Source: an archaeon (GTDB taxonomy: Archaea > B1Sed10-29 > WALL01 > WAMD01). Taken from it: a stretch of DNA of 47,719 bases. The stretch is from positions 1-47,719 of the forward strand of contig JAJRYR010000063.1 in the NCBI GenBank assembly GCA_024275655.1, read 5' to 3'. Shown one piece after another: positions 34,330 through 44,575 of this stretch (position 1 is its first letter; each line of letters starts with the position of its first letter). A program made the position numbers and the translations under genes. The notes beneath the pieces were generated by a model, which did no database searches, was not told where the DNA came from, and worked only from the letters and a program-made list of their open reading frames with translations.

Positions 34330-34963
34330 GGCAGTAAAAATCTTCAAAAAGTTGAGGAGGTACTTCAAAGAACAGGATATGTACGTTCCAAGCTTGGGGG
34401 AGCCTTTCAGAGTCCTAATTGCCACAGTTATCTCTGCCAGGACCAAGGATGAAGTCACCGAAGAGGCGTCCAGAAAATTGTTCAAAAAATTCCCAACCCC
34501 CCGGGCACTGGCAAGTGCCGATCCGAAGGAAGTTGCGAAGTTGATATATCCTGCGGGATTTTACAAAACCAAAGCAAAGAGGCTAGTGGAAATCGCCAGG
34601 ATAATCGTTGAAGAGTATGATGGAAAGGTACCAAGCTCTCCAAAGGCTTTGATGAAACTTCCAGGCGTTGGAAGAAAAACGGCAAATATAGTCTTGGCTT
34701 ATGCTTTTGGTATTCCTGCAGTTCCAGTAGACACGCATGTGCACAGAATATCAAATAGGCTTGGGCTGGTGAAAACAAAAACGCCCGAAGAAACCGAGAA
34801 GGAGTTAAAGAGAATCCTTCCAAAAAGATACTGGATAGATATAAACTGGATGCTGGTAAAGTTTGGGCAGACTATCTGCCGTCCAGTTAATCCAAAATGT
34901 AATGAGTGCCCACTCTATGATTTGTGTGAGTATTCAAGCAATAAACAAAGCGGTAAACGTTAA
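34310..34963 (+). CDS. nth: endonuclease III
   Basis: LIATVISART, LPGVGRKTAN (HhH), VDTHVHR, C-x6-C-x2-C-x5-C FeS motif. Confidence 0.95.
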   Translation: MSTGSNKAVKIFKKLRRYFKEQDMYVPSLGEPFRVLIATVISARTKDEVTEEASRKLFKKFPTPRALASADPKEVAKLIYPAGFYKTKAKRLVEIARIIVEEYDGKVPSSPKALMKLPGVGRKTANIVLAYAFGIPAVPVDTHVHRISNRLGLVKTKTPEETEKELKRILPKRYWIDINWMLVKFGQTICRPVNPKCNECPLYDLCEYSSNKQSGKR

Positions 34964-35946
34964 ATCATCCCTAACCTCTTCAAGAAGGCCTCCACTCTAT
35001 CCAGCCTGGTTTCCAGTTGTCTAGCAAATGCTTCACCAGCGTACTTCGTGGCGTGGTTTAGAAATACTTTTCGTATCTGCTTCAGTATGCTTTTATCCAT
35101 CACTATTCTACCCGCCTCTAGGTACAGTGCTGCTGCGGACATCAACACGTGTTCATGAGCCTTGTTTGGGTCCAATATCACGGAGTTTGGCTCAAAATCA
35201 ATGTATCTAACTCTCCCCTTCTCGTCTACGGTCCAGTTTGCTGGGTGGGCATCCAATCCAACACCGTATTTGTTGTAGGCTTTAAATGTGGTTTTCAGGA
35301 TATCTGACAGCTGGTTTTTTAATGTCTTGAACCTCTTTTTTTCCGGTTTCCATCTTGTTTTCCAGTACTCGTAGAACGTCTCCCCACCGTACCTGTATTC
35401 CTCAACTATACCTATGTCAGGATGAACCTCGGCCCTCTTTTTCTCCACAACTGGAACCTTTGCTTCCCTCACTTTTTCCCAAAGGGCAGTGTTAAGCCTA
35501 TCTAGAAATCTCAATTCGTTCCTAACTAGTTCTGCCAATCTCCTGTTGAAGAATTTTATCTCCTCTTTTTTCCACTTTCCGTGTGGTCTCACTGCCAGGC
35601 CAGTGTCTGGAGATAGTATCAACTTGTAGTTACCCGGTAATCTGCCAAATTGCTTTTTGAATTCTTCTTCTATTTTCCTTAATCTGGCAGTGCTCCTGTG
35701 AGGGACTTCCTTTTCTAGCTCAAGTAGTATCTTCAGTCTTTCTAGATATGACAGACCTTCTCTCCCTGACTTATCATAAAAATAGATCTCAGGTTTCAGA
35801 TACTTTAGAACGGTATGGTCCCTCTTTGCTGTTAAGTAGAAACTCCCCTCACCAATTATTGGAAGGTTCCCAAACTTGTTGGCAAATTTTGTGCTTATCC
35901 TGTTGATGGCTTTTCTTAGCTTAGTTCCCCTCAATCCCACGCTCAT
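34960..35946 (-). CDS. hypothetical basic protein with an atypical kinase-like fold
   Basis: IGEGSFY Gly-loop, VLKY, GLDAHPANW, YIDFEP; TATA (TTTATAAC) about 23 nt before ATG 35946. Confidence 0.7.
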   Translation of the reverse strand: MSVGLRGTKLRKAINRISTKFANKFGNLPIIGEGSFYLTAKRDHTVLKYLKPEIYFYDKSGREGLSYLERLKILLELEKEVPHRSTARLRKIEEEFKKQFGRLPGNYKLILSPDTGLAVRPHGKWKKEEIKFFNRRLAELVRNELRFLDRLNTALWEKVREAKVPVVEKKRAEVHPDIGIVEEYRYGGETFYEYWKTRWKPEKKRFKTLKNQLSDILKTTFKAYNKYGVGLDAHPANWTVDEKGRVRYIDFEPNSVILDPNKAHEHVLMSAAALYLEAGRIVMDKSILKQIRKVFLNHATKYAGEAFARQLETRLDRVEAFLKRLGMI

Positions 35947-36053
35947 AATTAAAGTTACAATGGCTTGAGTTATAAACATTGTCGCCCCATTAACCTTTAC
36001 CACAGACAAAAACAGGCGATACGGATTTATTCCAGTTTGGTGCTTATACTAGT

Positions 36054-36374
36054 ATGCCAGTGCTGGATCCAACCAGCTTGAAAAAGCTGGAGTGGATTGC
36101 CGTTGAGAGGGTGTTTCTGTCAACTCCTTCTTCCCTGAGGGGCAAGGATTTGTCCAACCCCATGCTAGCTGGACACCTAGAAATTTACTTTCCTTCCGAG
36201 GAGAGCTTGAAGTTCGTGGATAGGAAAGCAAAGAAGCTGGGAATAAAGCTGAGAAAGTCTGAAGTGGAATGTCTAGCCCTGGCATTGGAGATGGAAGAGG
36301 AGATATGGACTGATGTTGAGAGGGTTAGAAGGGTGGCAGAGGAACTGGGAATAAAATGGAGGTCAGGACTATGA
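36054..36374 (+). CDS. small PIN-like (Nob1/VapC-like) domain protein, degenerate
   Basis: VLDPTS, SEVECLALALE, IWTDVERVRRVAEELGI. Confidence 0.6.
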   Translation: MPVLDPTSLKKLEWIAVERVFLSTPSSLRGKDLSNPMLAGHLEIYFPSEESLKFVDRKAKKLGIKLRKSEVECLALALEMEEEIWTDVERVRRVAEELGIKWRSGL

Positions 36375-36613
36375 TGAGAACAGACTGGGGTCCCCTGTTA
36401 GTGTACTACATTGTAAGCTTCATAATTAGTGTGGCACTTCAAATTATTGATCCAGTGCTGATCAAAGCATGGTTGGGGGCTAACTTGGTGTTTCTTGGGT
36501 TCATTGTTTGGATGGAAAGGCCATTCATTCCACTGGTTAGAAAAAACCACTATCTAGCGATCCTCGTTTCAACGCTGTCAATCTTTCTAGGTCTGGTTCT
36601 GGTGGTCAAATGA
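36371..36613 (+). CDS. small membrane protein (3 TM)
   Basis: Hydrophobic ORF, GGAGG RBS, coupled to its neighbours. Confidence 0.7.
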   Translation: MMRTDWGPLLVYYIVSFIISVALQIIDPVLIKAWLGANLVFLGFIVWMERPFIPLVRKNHYLAILVSTLSIFLGLVLVVK

Positions 36614-37329
36614 TAAAAGTTGGAACATGCGGGTGGTCCGGTTTCCCTGCCTCAAACCTTTTTGGCAAGGAATGGAAAGGGAAGTTCAAGAGCAAACTCC
36701 AAGCATACGCCTCAGTGTTCAAAGTAGTTGAAGTAAACAGCACGTTCTACAAAGTGCCCAGGGAGGCAACCGCCAGGAGATGGTTAGAAGAAGCCAGAGA
36801 AGTAAACAGCGAGTTTGAGTTCACTCTAAAGGCCAATCAAACAATTACCCACAGGGACAGGTTCAAAACCGAAGAAAGCACGAAGTCCTGGGAGGAAACA
36901 GTGAATATTGCCAGGGCCCTGGACGCGAAGATCATTCTCTTACAGACCCCTGCATCCTTCAAACCCAGTAGGGAAAACACAGAAAATCTAGAATCCTTTC
37001 TAAGGGAAGCAACAAAGAGCTGGAAGGGAAAGATTGCCTGGGAACCAAGGGGAAACTGGCTGAAAGAAGATAACAGAAGGTTACTGAAATCAATTTGTAA
37101 AAGGTTCAAGTTGATCCACTGTGTGGACCCTTTCAGAAATGAATCTGTAACTCCTGGAGAGATCTACTGGAGATTGCACGGTTTGGGAAAACCCCGCATG
37201 TACAATTACAAGTTCAGCGATGAAGAATTGAAATGGCTAACAAAGAAATCAAAAGGGAAAAAAGGTTACATATTCTTCAACAACATCTGGATGGGAGAAG
37301 ATGCATTACGATATCTTGATCTTCTTTAG
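36610..37329 (+). CDS. DUF72 family protein
   Basis: VGTCGW, VEVNSTFY, LLQTPASF, AWEPRG, YWRLHG, YIFFNN. Confidence 0.92.
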   Translation: MIKVGTCGWSGFPASNLFGKEWKGKFKSKLQAYASVFKVVEVNSTFYKVPREATARRWLEEAREVNSEFEFTLKANQTITHRDRFKTEESTKSWEETVNIARALDAKIILLQTPASFKPSRENTENLESFLREATKSWKGKIAWEPRGNWLKEDNRRLLKSICKRFKLIHCVDPFRNESVTPGEIYWRLHGLGKPRMYNYKFSDEELKWLTKKSKGKKGYIFFNNIWMGEDALRYLDLL

Positions 37330-37590
37330 TTTCTCTAATACTCCAGGATACTTTCTCAGATTCTTGGCAAAACTTTGTAATCTCTCTATGTCCTCTTCAC
37401 TTAGTGTTCCCGCATCCCTCTTTTTCTTTCCGAGAATCAATAGTTTTTTCAATGCCCTTATATCACCCTTAGATGCCAAAACAGCAAGCTTGCCTAACTC
37501 CGCATCTTTCCATGGGCTTTGCACCTTGGCAACCTTTTCTTTCTTTTCCTTCTTTCCCCTAACTTTGCTGGCTTTTTTCAACAAACCCAT
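37306..37590 (-). CDS. hypothetical small Lys-rich protein
   Basis: 94-aa ORF with a TATA about 25 nt upstream (leaderless). Confidence 0.65.
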   Translation of the reverse strand: MGLLKKASKVRGKKEKKEKVAKVQSPWKDAELGKLAVLASKGDIRALKKLLILGKKKRDAGTLSEEDIERLQSFAKNLRKYPGVLEKLKKIKIS

Positions 37591-37634
37591 AAAGTAAACT
37601 AAGAAGTGCAGGATTTAAAATGTTTTTGCCAGTG

Positions 37635-38177
37635 TTACAGGCCCACGATCCTTGCAGTTACCAAAAACAAGAGGATGAACCAAACTAACCCAAGCTTATC
37701 AATTTGCGAGAATACATACATCAAACCTATCAACGCCAACAGTGGGAGGAACACAGGAACAAAAAGAAGCCAAGACAAAACAGCATTCAGAAATCCTTTT
37801 CTACCCAGCATGGATGAGAACCAGTTCTTGGTTAATACTTGGTATGCATTGTTAACATCATCCAAGCTAGGGAAAGCATGATATGCAAGAGAAGCTGAAA
37901 GCCAGTAGGAGACCAGAACTACCTCAAAGGATTGATGTGATTTTAGAAACACATGCCCTAGATACAGAGCAGAAACCGCAAGGACAGTGTTAAAGAGAAA
38001 TGGCGCCACAGCTATTATAAACATGGGGATAGATCCTGGTTCTTCGTGTTTCACATATGCTTCCCTTAAACCCCACAGTTTTATCCCTGTTATTTTTGTA
38101 CCCGTTACTAGGCAAGCTAGGATATGGGCCAGTTCATGCGCGATTACTCCTGGAAAGAACAAAATGTTGTCCCACAT
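37635..38177 (-). CDS. membrane zinc metalloprotease-like protein (HExxH, M50-like)
   Basis: PGVIAHELAH, AVAPF, FPSLDD; ATG 38177 overlaps the upstream stop. Confidence 0.8.
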   Translation of the reverse strand: MWDNILFFPGVIAHELAHILACLVTGTKITGIKLWGLREAYVKHEEPGSIPMFIIAVAPFLFNTVLAVSALYLGHVFLKSHQSFEVVLVSYWLSASLAYHAFPSLDDVNNAYQVLTKNWFSSMLGRKGFLNAVLSWLLFVPVFLPLLALIGLMYVFSQIDKLGLVWFILLFLVTARIVGL

Positions 38178-38476
38178 CACAACTTGCCCCGCTTCTTCCA
38201 TATGTAAACTACAACAAACACCACTATACCAATTAGCACCAGGGCAAATATTCCCAGTCCTATCAGTCCCCACACCCACCAGGGCCAGCTAGGTAGTATG
38301 TTTCCAGTCTGCATGGCAGCGGTGTTGTTCACTGGATATGTTACGTTGTGCACAACACAATCAGGGCACTGGGCCTTGTACTCCTCTAGTGTGCAAACTC
38401 CATCGTTATTGCATACCTGGGCAAGAGCGAAACTGACCAAGAGCAAAAATCCGACCAATGTTGTTTTTCCCTTCAT
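38177..38476 (-). CDS. small surface protein: signal peptide, Cys-rich motif, C-terminal TM anchor
   Basis: MKGKTTLVGFLLLVSFALA, CNNDGVC...CPDC, TM helix followed by KKRGK. Confidence 0.72.
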   Translation of the reverse strand: MKGKTTLVGFLLLVSFALAQVCNNDGVCTLEEYKAQCPDCVVHNVTYPVNNTAAMQTGNILPSWPWWVWGLIGLGIFALVLIGIVVFVVVYIWKKRGKL

Positions 38477-38569
38477 TCGACCACCAGTTGTTGTTAGAGA
38501 CGATCCAACATAAAAATTTTCCTGGCTAATCTTTAAAAACAAGGGTATTGTTATTCTACTGGTGATCCC

Positions 38570-39016
38570 ATGGAGGTTGAGGACATAGAGATAAACGAGT
38601 TAAATCCAATATCAGGCAAGAAAAAAGAGATACTAATCGGTATCGCAGCCATCCTAATTTTGATCGGACTGGTGTATGGAATCATGCAGTTCATGAAACC
38701 CAGTGACTTGAATGTCTACTTTACAGATGCAAAGATTAGGCCCGGGGCATCCACAGAGCTCGTGATAGAATTTAGAAACAACACACCCGAAGACCTGCAC
38801 AACGTGTTGTTCAGAATAACACCAGAAAACAACAACATAAAGGTGGGGCAATCTGAGCATGTGGAACCAATAATAGGTTCAGGATCTTATAGGAAGCTAG
38901 AGATACCAGTTACAGTCCTAGGAAATCTAACAGAGGGAACGTACAAGATCAATGTCCTGGTGGATGCAGGAGAAAAAGAGTACAACACAAATGTTTACCT
39001 AGAGATAACAAAGTAA
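38570..39016 (+). CDS. membrane-anchored Ig-like (CARDB/COG1361-like) protein
   Basis: N-terminal TM; PG...IEFRN...GTYKINV beta-sandwich pattern. Confidence 0.7.
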   Translation: MEVEDIEINELNPISGKKKEILIGIAAILILIGLVYGIMQFMKPSDLNVYFTDAKIRPGASTELVIEFRNNTPEDLHNVLFRITPENNNIKVGQSEHVEPIIGSGSYRKLEIPVTVLGNLTEGTYKINVLVDAGEKEYNTNVYLEITK

Positions 39017-39033
39017 AACCAGTAAAACCAATG

Positions 39034-39366
39034 TTAGCCCTTCAACTCCTCCAACACCTTCTCCTCAAGCTTCTTTTCAATTATCCTTCTAGCCTGGGAA
39101 TAATCTGCCTTTATTGCTATCTCTATTTCCCCGTTGCCAAGTAATTGAACTCCTTCTATTGCGCCTATCCTTGTTAACTGCAACGGCAATGGTAACTCTT
39201 CTCCCTCTCTCAATCCCAGGATATCGCCAGAAACCTCCTTAAGAACGTGGATGGCGCAGTCATCACACACCCTATACTTCTTCACTATCCCATCTGCGCC
39301 GTTTTCGTATATCACCCAGTTATGCTTTGCATCTTTTGTTTGCTTACAAAGAGCACAGTACACCAT
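39034..39366 (-). CDS. hypothetical protein with an N-terminal Zn finger
   Basis: CALC...CDDC. Confidence 0.7.
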   Translation of the reverse strand: MVYCALCKQTKDAKHNWVIYENGADGIVKKYRVCDDCAIHVLKEVSGDILGLREGEELPLPLQLTRIGAIEGVQLLGNGEIEIAIKADYSQARRIIEKKLEEKVLEELKG

Positions 39367-39418
39367 ACGTATGAGTTAACGAATTCCAGATATTTAAACA
39401 TTAATCAATTCAATACCC

Positions 39419-39820
39419 TCAAAGAGGTGCAAACTTGTATCCATAGTTTATCAGTCCGTCCTCTCCATCCTCTGATATTCTTCTAAATACCATCCTCACG
39501 GGCATTCCTATCTTTACTTCTCTCGGATCAACATCCACTATTTGGGCAGTTAGCATCGGTCCCTCCTCTAATCTAACAATAGCTAAAACGTACGGTGCCT
39601 GGTCCTCCATATCTGCAGGTGGTGTGTGAACCACAGTGTAACTTTCAACAACTCCTCTCCCAGAAAACTGATACTCAACCACCTTCCCCTTTCTTCTACA
39701 GTTTGGACAGATTATTCTAGGAGGGAAAAAGAACTCTCCACAAGTTTCGCACTTGCTTCCAACTAGTCTGTACCTCTGTGGGTACCTCCTCCAAACGGCT
39801 GGAACACTTCCCTCTGCCAT
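39419..39820 (-). CDS. DUF35 Zn-ribbon/OB-fold scaffold of the thiolase-HMGS complex
   Basis: CETC...FPPR..CPNC, IGMPVRMVFRRI, YGYKF. Confidence 0.93.
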   Translation of the reverse strand: MAEGSVPAVWRRYPQRYRLVGSKCETCGEFFFPPRIICPNCRRKGKVVEYQFSGRGVVESYTVVHTPPADMEDQAPYVLAIVRLEEGPMLTAQIVDVDPREVKIGMPVRMVFRRISEDGEDGLINYGYKFAPL

Positions 39821-39824
39821 ACAA

Positions 39825-41006
39825 TTACCTCCTAGATCTTAAATCTATATATCTGGAAAGGATGTGCACAACAGCAGTGGCTCCAGACCCCCCAACGTTG
39901 TGCGTGAGTCCTATTTCTGCTTTATCCACTTGCCTCTTTCCGGCTTCTCCCCTAAGCTGCCAGGTTACCTCTACTACTTGTTTTATTCCTGTGGCTCCAA
40001 CAGGATGACCGCAGGCCTTCAAACCACCGCTGGTGTTTACAGATACATCTGAATTCAAATCAAACATTCCATCTTCTACAGCCTTTCCCCCCTCTCCTTT
40101 CTTCACGAATCCCAAATCCTCCACAGCAAGAATCTCTGCTATGGTAAAGCAATCGTGCACTTCTGCCAAATCCACATCTCTCGGAGATATCCCTGCTTTT
40201 TGGAATGCTTTCTTCCCTGCCTCCACAGTTGCCCTCAAAGTTGTGAGAGATTTCCTATCATGCAAAGCCAGAGTGTCGCTTGCCTGGGCAGATGCGTTCA
40301 CCCACACGGGCGTGTCTGTCAGCTTTTTAGCCACATCTTCACTGGCAATTACAACAGCGGCTGCCCCATCTGTTATTGGCGAACAATCCAAGAGCTTCAG
40401 CGGTTCCGCAACAGGGGATGAATTCAAAACTTGATCTAGTGTAATCTCTTTCTGATACTGGGCAAAGGGGTTCCTAGCTCCATTGTAATGGTTCTTCACA
40501 GCAACTCTAGCCAACTGCTCCTCTGTGGTTCCAAATTCATGCATGTGTCTTCTAGCAATTAATGCGTAGAGACTAGGAAATGTGGCTCCAAAGAATGTTT
40601 CCCATTCCTGATCTGCAGCTCCGCCCAGCGTAGTGGTCGCCTGGCCGGTCAGGACATCAGTCATCTTTTCAATTCCACCTGCAACCACTATATCAAACTC
40701 TCCACTGGCCACAGCCAAATAAGCTTGTCTAAAAGCCAGTCCTCCGCTGGCACAGGCTGCCTCAACCCTCGTGGCGGGAACTGGATTAAGCCCCATGGCA
40801 TCAGCCAACAGAGCCCCTATGTGCTCCTGGCCAACAAATCTCCCACCACTCATGTTGCCCACATAAACAGCCTCTACCTCATCTCCGGATATACCTGCAT
40901 CCTCTATCGCTCTTATCCCTGCTTCTGCTGTGAGCTCCTTCAATCCAGCTTCCCACCTCTCTCCAAATTTTGTCATCCCCACGCCGACTACTGCCACCTT
41001 TCTCAT
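39825..41006 (-). CDS. acetyl-CoA acetyltransferase (archaeal thiolase)
   Basis: [38 protein letters not shown]. Confidence 0.95.
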   Translation of the reverse strand: MRKVAVVGVGMTKFGERWEAGLKELTAEAGIRAIEDAGISGDEVEAVYVGNMSGGRFVGQEHIGALLADAMGLNPVPATRVEAACASGGLAFRQAYLAVASGEFDIVVAGGIEKMTDVLTGQATTTLGGAADQEWETFFGATFPSLYALIARRHMHEFGTTEEQLARVAVKNHYNGARNPFAQYQKEITLDQVLNSSPVAEPLKLLDCSPITDGAAAVVIASEDVAKKLTDTPVWVNASAQASDTLALHDRKSLTTLRATVEAGKKAFQKAGISPRDVDLAEVHDCFTIAEILAVEDLGFVKKGEGGKAVEDGMFDLNSDVSVNTSGGLKACGHPVGATGIKQVVEVTWQLRGEAGKRQVDKAEIGLTHNVGGSGATAVVHILSRYIDLRSRR

Positions 41007-41016
41007 AAATGCCACC

Positions 41017-42069
41017 TCAGTCAAACTTCAGTTTCTTCCTGTGCTTCACATACTCACCATATGTGAGATACTTTTTCCTGTTGATGTAATCCACAACCTT
41101 CGGTGTGTTTCCTCTCTTCCTTTCAATCTCGTCTGTAACCTTGATTAACATAGAATCCGAGCCTGCCCCAGATCCAAATGATGTTGCAACTATCAAATTC
41201 CCTGGTTCAGCAATATCCAAAACCGCTGCCAGGCCCAAGGGAGTCGCGCCTGAATATGTGTTCCCAATTACTGGGTTCAACAAACCTGGCAAAACCTTTT
41301 CCTTAGGTATGCCCAACTTCTTGGCCGCCCTCAATGGGAACTTAGCATTGGGCTGATGAAAAACGAAATAGTCCACATCCTCCAAACCAATTCCAGTTTT
41401 TTCCAACAACCTCCTAGTTGCAGATATTATATGCTTGAAATATGCCGGTTCACCAGTAAATCTAGCTCCGTGTCTAGGATACTCCTTTCCTTCTCTCCTC
41501 CAGAAGTCTGGAGTATCCGTGGCAAACGAGTAATAATCAATTATCTCAGCTATTACACCCTCCTTCCCAATTATATAAGCTGCGCCTCCAGCTGCAGCCG
41601 TGTACTCTAGGGCATCTCCTGGTCTTCCCTGGCTGGTATCGGATCCTATAGCTAACCCATACTCCACCATTCCAGATTCAACCAACCCCAGAACCGCAAG
41701 CATTGCCTGAGTACCTGCTTTACACGCAAACTCAAAATCTGCAGCCATCAAATCCGGAGTAGCCCCAATTGCTTCGGCAATTATGGTTGCACTCGGTTTT
41801 ACTGCATATGGAGGGGACTCAGAACCTATGAAAACTACCCCTATTTTGCTGGGATCTATCCCGGCAAATTTTATTGCATTTCTGGCAGCCTCCACAGCTA
41901 TTGTTACCGAGTCCTCATCCACATCTGGAACAGACTTCTCCCTAATTCCCAGTCCATTTTTTATTGCCTCGGGATTCTTCCCCCATACTCTTGCAATCTC
42001 CTCTGCCCTGATCCTGAATCTAGGTATGTATACTCCATATCCCACTATTCCTGATTTCACAAGAATCAC
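41017..42069 (-). CDS. hydroxymethylglutaryl-CoA synthase (archaeal)
   Basis: [36 protein letters not shown]. Confidence 0.95.
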   Translation of the reverse strand: MILVKSGIVGYGVYIPRFRIRAEEIARVWGKNPEAIKNGLGIREKSVPDVDEDSVTIAVEAARNAIKFAGIDPSKIGVVFIGSESPPYAVKPSATIIAEAIGATPDLMAADFEFACKAGTQAMLAVLGLVESGMVEYGLAIGSDTSQGRPGDALEYTAAAGGAAYIIGKEGVIAEIIDYYSFATDTPDFWRREGKEYPRHGARFTGEPAYFKHIISATRRLLEKTGIGLEDVDYFVFHQPNAKFPLRAAKKLGIPKEKVLPGLLNPVIGNTYSGATPLGLAAVLDIAEPGNLIVATSFGSGAGSDSMLIKVTDEIERKRGNTPKVVDYINRKKYLTYGEYVKHRKKLKFD

Positions 42070-42768
42070 CTATCTTTCGTATTTCTTCAGTTTCATCTTG
42101 ATCTCGTATGTGTCCAGGTCTGTGACCACGATGGGTATCTTTTCTATTTCAGAAATCTTTCTAGCCACCGGATCCCTAACATCAGATAACCCCTGGTAAA
42201 CTACGATTGCAGGTTTTGGTGATGAAACCCTTATTGCGACCATTGGACTCCTACCGATGCTAACCTTGGTAAATATCAATGCCCTTTCTGGATTACTCCC
42301 GTATATCTTTGGGAATTCCTCCACTGGCAGACTCACTATGGCCTTCAAACTATCCAGCAGAGTGTACCCATACAACTTTATGTCCAGTATCCTCCTCTTG
42401 TTGGTTATCACTTTCCCCTCTATTGCCCTAACAAAATCCTTTGCTTTAACGGGCTTAGGAAAGTCATGGAGCTCAAAAATTGGCTCCTCCTCCCCAGTTT
42501 CAACTATCAGTTTCTTCAGTATCATCCCGCCCCTTCTCTCATCCAACGCAATCAATGCGTCCACAAATCGCTTTATGACTTGAATCCCAGGGGATTTTCT
42601 CCTGTTATTCTCATAATCAGATATTGTGGATGGAGTGATTTTCAAGTAATCTGCCAACTCTGCTTGGCTTATACCAAACAGTTCCCTCCACTTCTTCATC
42701 GTAGAACCTGGGTTTGTGGACAATGCTATTTCCCCAGCTATCCTTTTCTTTAATTCATCTGTGACCAT
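42070..42768 (-). CDS. XRE-family HTH transcriptional regulator (COG1709-like)
   Basis: IAGEIALS.NPG.TMKKWRE, SQAELA, ISDYE..RRKSPG, ERALIFT.V.IGRSPMVAIRV. Confidence 0.9.
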   Translation of the reverse strand: MVTDELKKRIAGEIALSTNPGSTMKKWRELFGISQAELADYLKITPSTISDYENNRRKSPGIQVIKRFVDALIALDERRGGMILKKLIVETGEEEPIFELHDFPKPVKAKDFVRAIEGKVITNKRRILDIKLYGYTLLDSLKAIVSLPVEEFPKIYGSNPERALIFTKVSIGRSPMVAIRVSSPKPAIVVYQGLSDVRDPVARKISEIEKIPIVVTDLDTYEIKMKLKKYER

Positions 42769-42775
42769 GCTCACA

Positions 42776-42785
42776 TTATCGATAA
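42776..42785. promoter_or_regulatory. 10-bp palindrome TTATCGATAA, candidate operator
   Basis: Perfect palindrome between the TATA (42790-42799) and the start of the regulator/mevalonate operon. Confidence 0.35.
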
Positions 42786-42831
42786 CTGGATTTAAATAAT
42801 TAACGAATTAACTTCGACTAGTGTCTAACCA

Positions 42832-43305
42832 TCAGCTGGTAACATTACTGGCTGGTCTTTGGAGAACACGAATCTCAAATGTATAATTAGAGGGGACCGC
42901 CTCATCTGCATCTATTGTCATTTGTACAGGATATATCCCTGGCTCCGTGTTATTGGGAATCTCGTATTCAAATGCGAATACCTCCTTTTCGTATGGCATT
43001 ATTAGGAGAGTTGATCTCTCCAGCTCACCGAACAAGTCACTCGAAAGCTGGACAACAACATTGTGCACAGTTATCCTGCTGTTTTCAAATACCGTTACAT
43101 TGGCACTCCACACTTCACCTGGATAAACATCCCTCATGTAATCTATTTTTGCCTCTAGATTTGGAGTAGGAATCTCCCCAACTGGTTTTACCAGTTTTGG
43201 GATAAAAACAGCTGCAACTATTGCTGAGATCATGAAAAATACTATTACGGCTCCTATATATCCAGCGTTCTTAACAAATGTTTTCGGAAGCGTTGGGATG
43301 CGCAT
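42832..43305 (-). CDS. membrane-anchored Ig-like protein
   Basis: N-terminal TM; VYPGE...IPNNTEPGIYPV pattern. Confidence 0.7.
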   Translation of the reverse strand: MRIPTLPKTFVKNAGYIGAVIVFFMISAIVAAVFIPKLVKPVGEIPTPNLEAKIDYMRDVYPGEVWSANVTVFENSRITVHNVVVQLSSDLFGELERSTLLIMPYEKEVFAFEYEIPNNTEPGIYPVQMTIDADEAVPSNYTFEIRVLQRPASNVTS

Positions 43306-43376
43306 TTCATCACCGCAGGATTTATAAATAGTGAGGCAGTTATTAGAATGTAGTCGCGGTATAAAAAGGTGAGCCC

Positions 43377-44021
43377 ATGGCTAAACCGAAGATTCTAGAG
43401 ATAATCTCTGAAATGAGAGAACAGGGAATGAGCGATGAGGAGATAATCGCTAATCTGAAACAACTAGGGCTTACTGACGACCAAATAAAGAAAATTATGA
43501 GAATTGCGGACCAGGATATCTACTCCAAATTCAAAAGGGAGATGGTTATTTTCCTGAAGGGTCAACTAAAGAAGAACAAAGATTTGATAGCAGAGATTGT
43601 GGACGAGGTTTTGGGGAACAAGATGGAACAAGTGAAAAGAGAGGTCATGCTATACACTGATGACAAACTTGGTGAGATGGCCAAAATTGTCAACACGAAG
43701 ACCAAGGATATCGAAGCCTTAGGGAAGTCAATAAGGGAAGAAAATGTTGCGTTGAGCAAGCAAGTTAGGGCTATGCGAGCGGATGTTGATCTACTCTTGG
43801 CTGGTCCAACGAAGGCCAGGTTGGCACTGTCTGCATTTTTCATGGTTGTTGGGGTGATAATTGTATTGTACTCAATTGTAGCAGTGACTCCAAATGTGCT
43901 GGCATTGAACTTCTCCGAGCCAATGGACGGAGCAATACTCCTAGCCACTGGTGGTATGTACGTGATATTTGGTATAATTTCAATGATGGTAGGGTTGCAC
44001 CTCTATGGAAGACCTAGTTAA
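43377..44021 (+). CDS. hypothetical coiled-coil membrane protein (2 C-terminal TM)
   Basis: N-terminal helical motif, coiled coil, two TM helices; AGGTGA RBS. Confidence 0.75.
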   Translation: MAKPKILEIISEMREQGMSDEEIIANLKQLGLTDDQIKKIMRIADQDIYSKFKREMVIFLKGQLKKNKDLIAEIVDEVLGNKMEQVKREVMLYTDDKLGEMAKIVNTKTKDIEALGKSIREENVALSKQVRAMRADVDLLLAGPTKARLALSAFFMVVGVIIVLYSIVAVTPNVLALNFSEPMDGAILLATGGMYVIFGIISMMVGLHLYGRPS

Positions 44022-44032
44022 AGCTGAGTGAT

Positions 44033-44572
44033 ATGGAAGTCTATCCTCCAAGAGAGGACACGAAACTGATTTTGAGCGTATTACGGAACTTCATTAAACC
44101 TGGAATTCTAGTACTGGACATAGGAACTGGATCGGGCGTGGTAGGTAAGTTTGCAAAAGAGTTGGGAGCAGAGGTTCTGGCCGTGGATGTAAATCCTAAG
44201 GCAGTAGAGGAAGCTAGAAAACTTGGATTGAAAGCCGTACAGAGCGATTTATTCCAAAATGTTACTGGAAAATTCGACCTAGTTGTATTCAACCCTCCCT
44301 ACCTAGAGCTGCCTCCTGAAGAACTGAAAGGTGAACCAATAGAACTTGCACTCCACGGTGGAAAGAAAGGGAGGGAGATTCTAGACAGGTTCTTAGACCA
44401 GGTTGGAGAATTTCTAAAAGAAGGGGGGAAGGTGATATTCCTACAATCGGAGAGGAACGGTGTAAGGGAGACAGAGGAGAGATTAAAGAGAAACGGTTTT
44501 AATTTTAGAATACTAAAAAGAGAGTACATCCCCATGGAGGGCTATTTACTGGTTTTCCTGGCATGGAGGTAG
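44033..44572 (+). CDS. HemK2/Mtq2-family methyltransferase
   Basis: VYPPREDT, LDIGTGSG, FNPPY, ALHGG..GR. Confidence 0.92.
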   Translation: MEVYPPREDTKLILSVLRNFIKPGILVLDIGTGSGVVGKFAKELGAEVLAVDVNPKAVEEARKLGLKAVQSDLFQNVTGKFDLVVFNPPYLELPPEELKGEPIELALHGGKKGREILDRFLDQVGEFLKEGGKVIFLQSERNGVRETEERLKRNGFNFRILKREYIPMEGYLLVFLAWR

Positions 44573-44575
44573 GCT

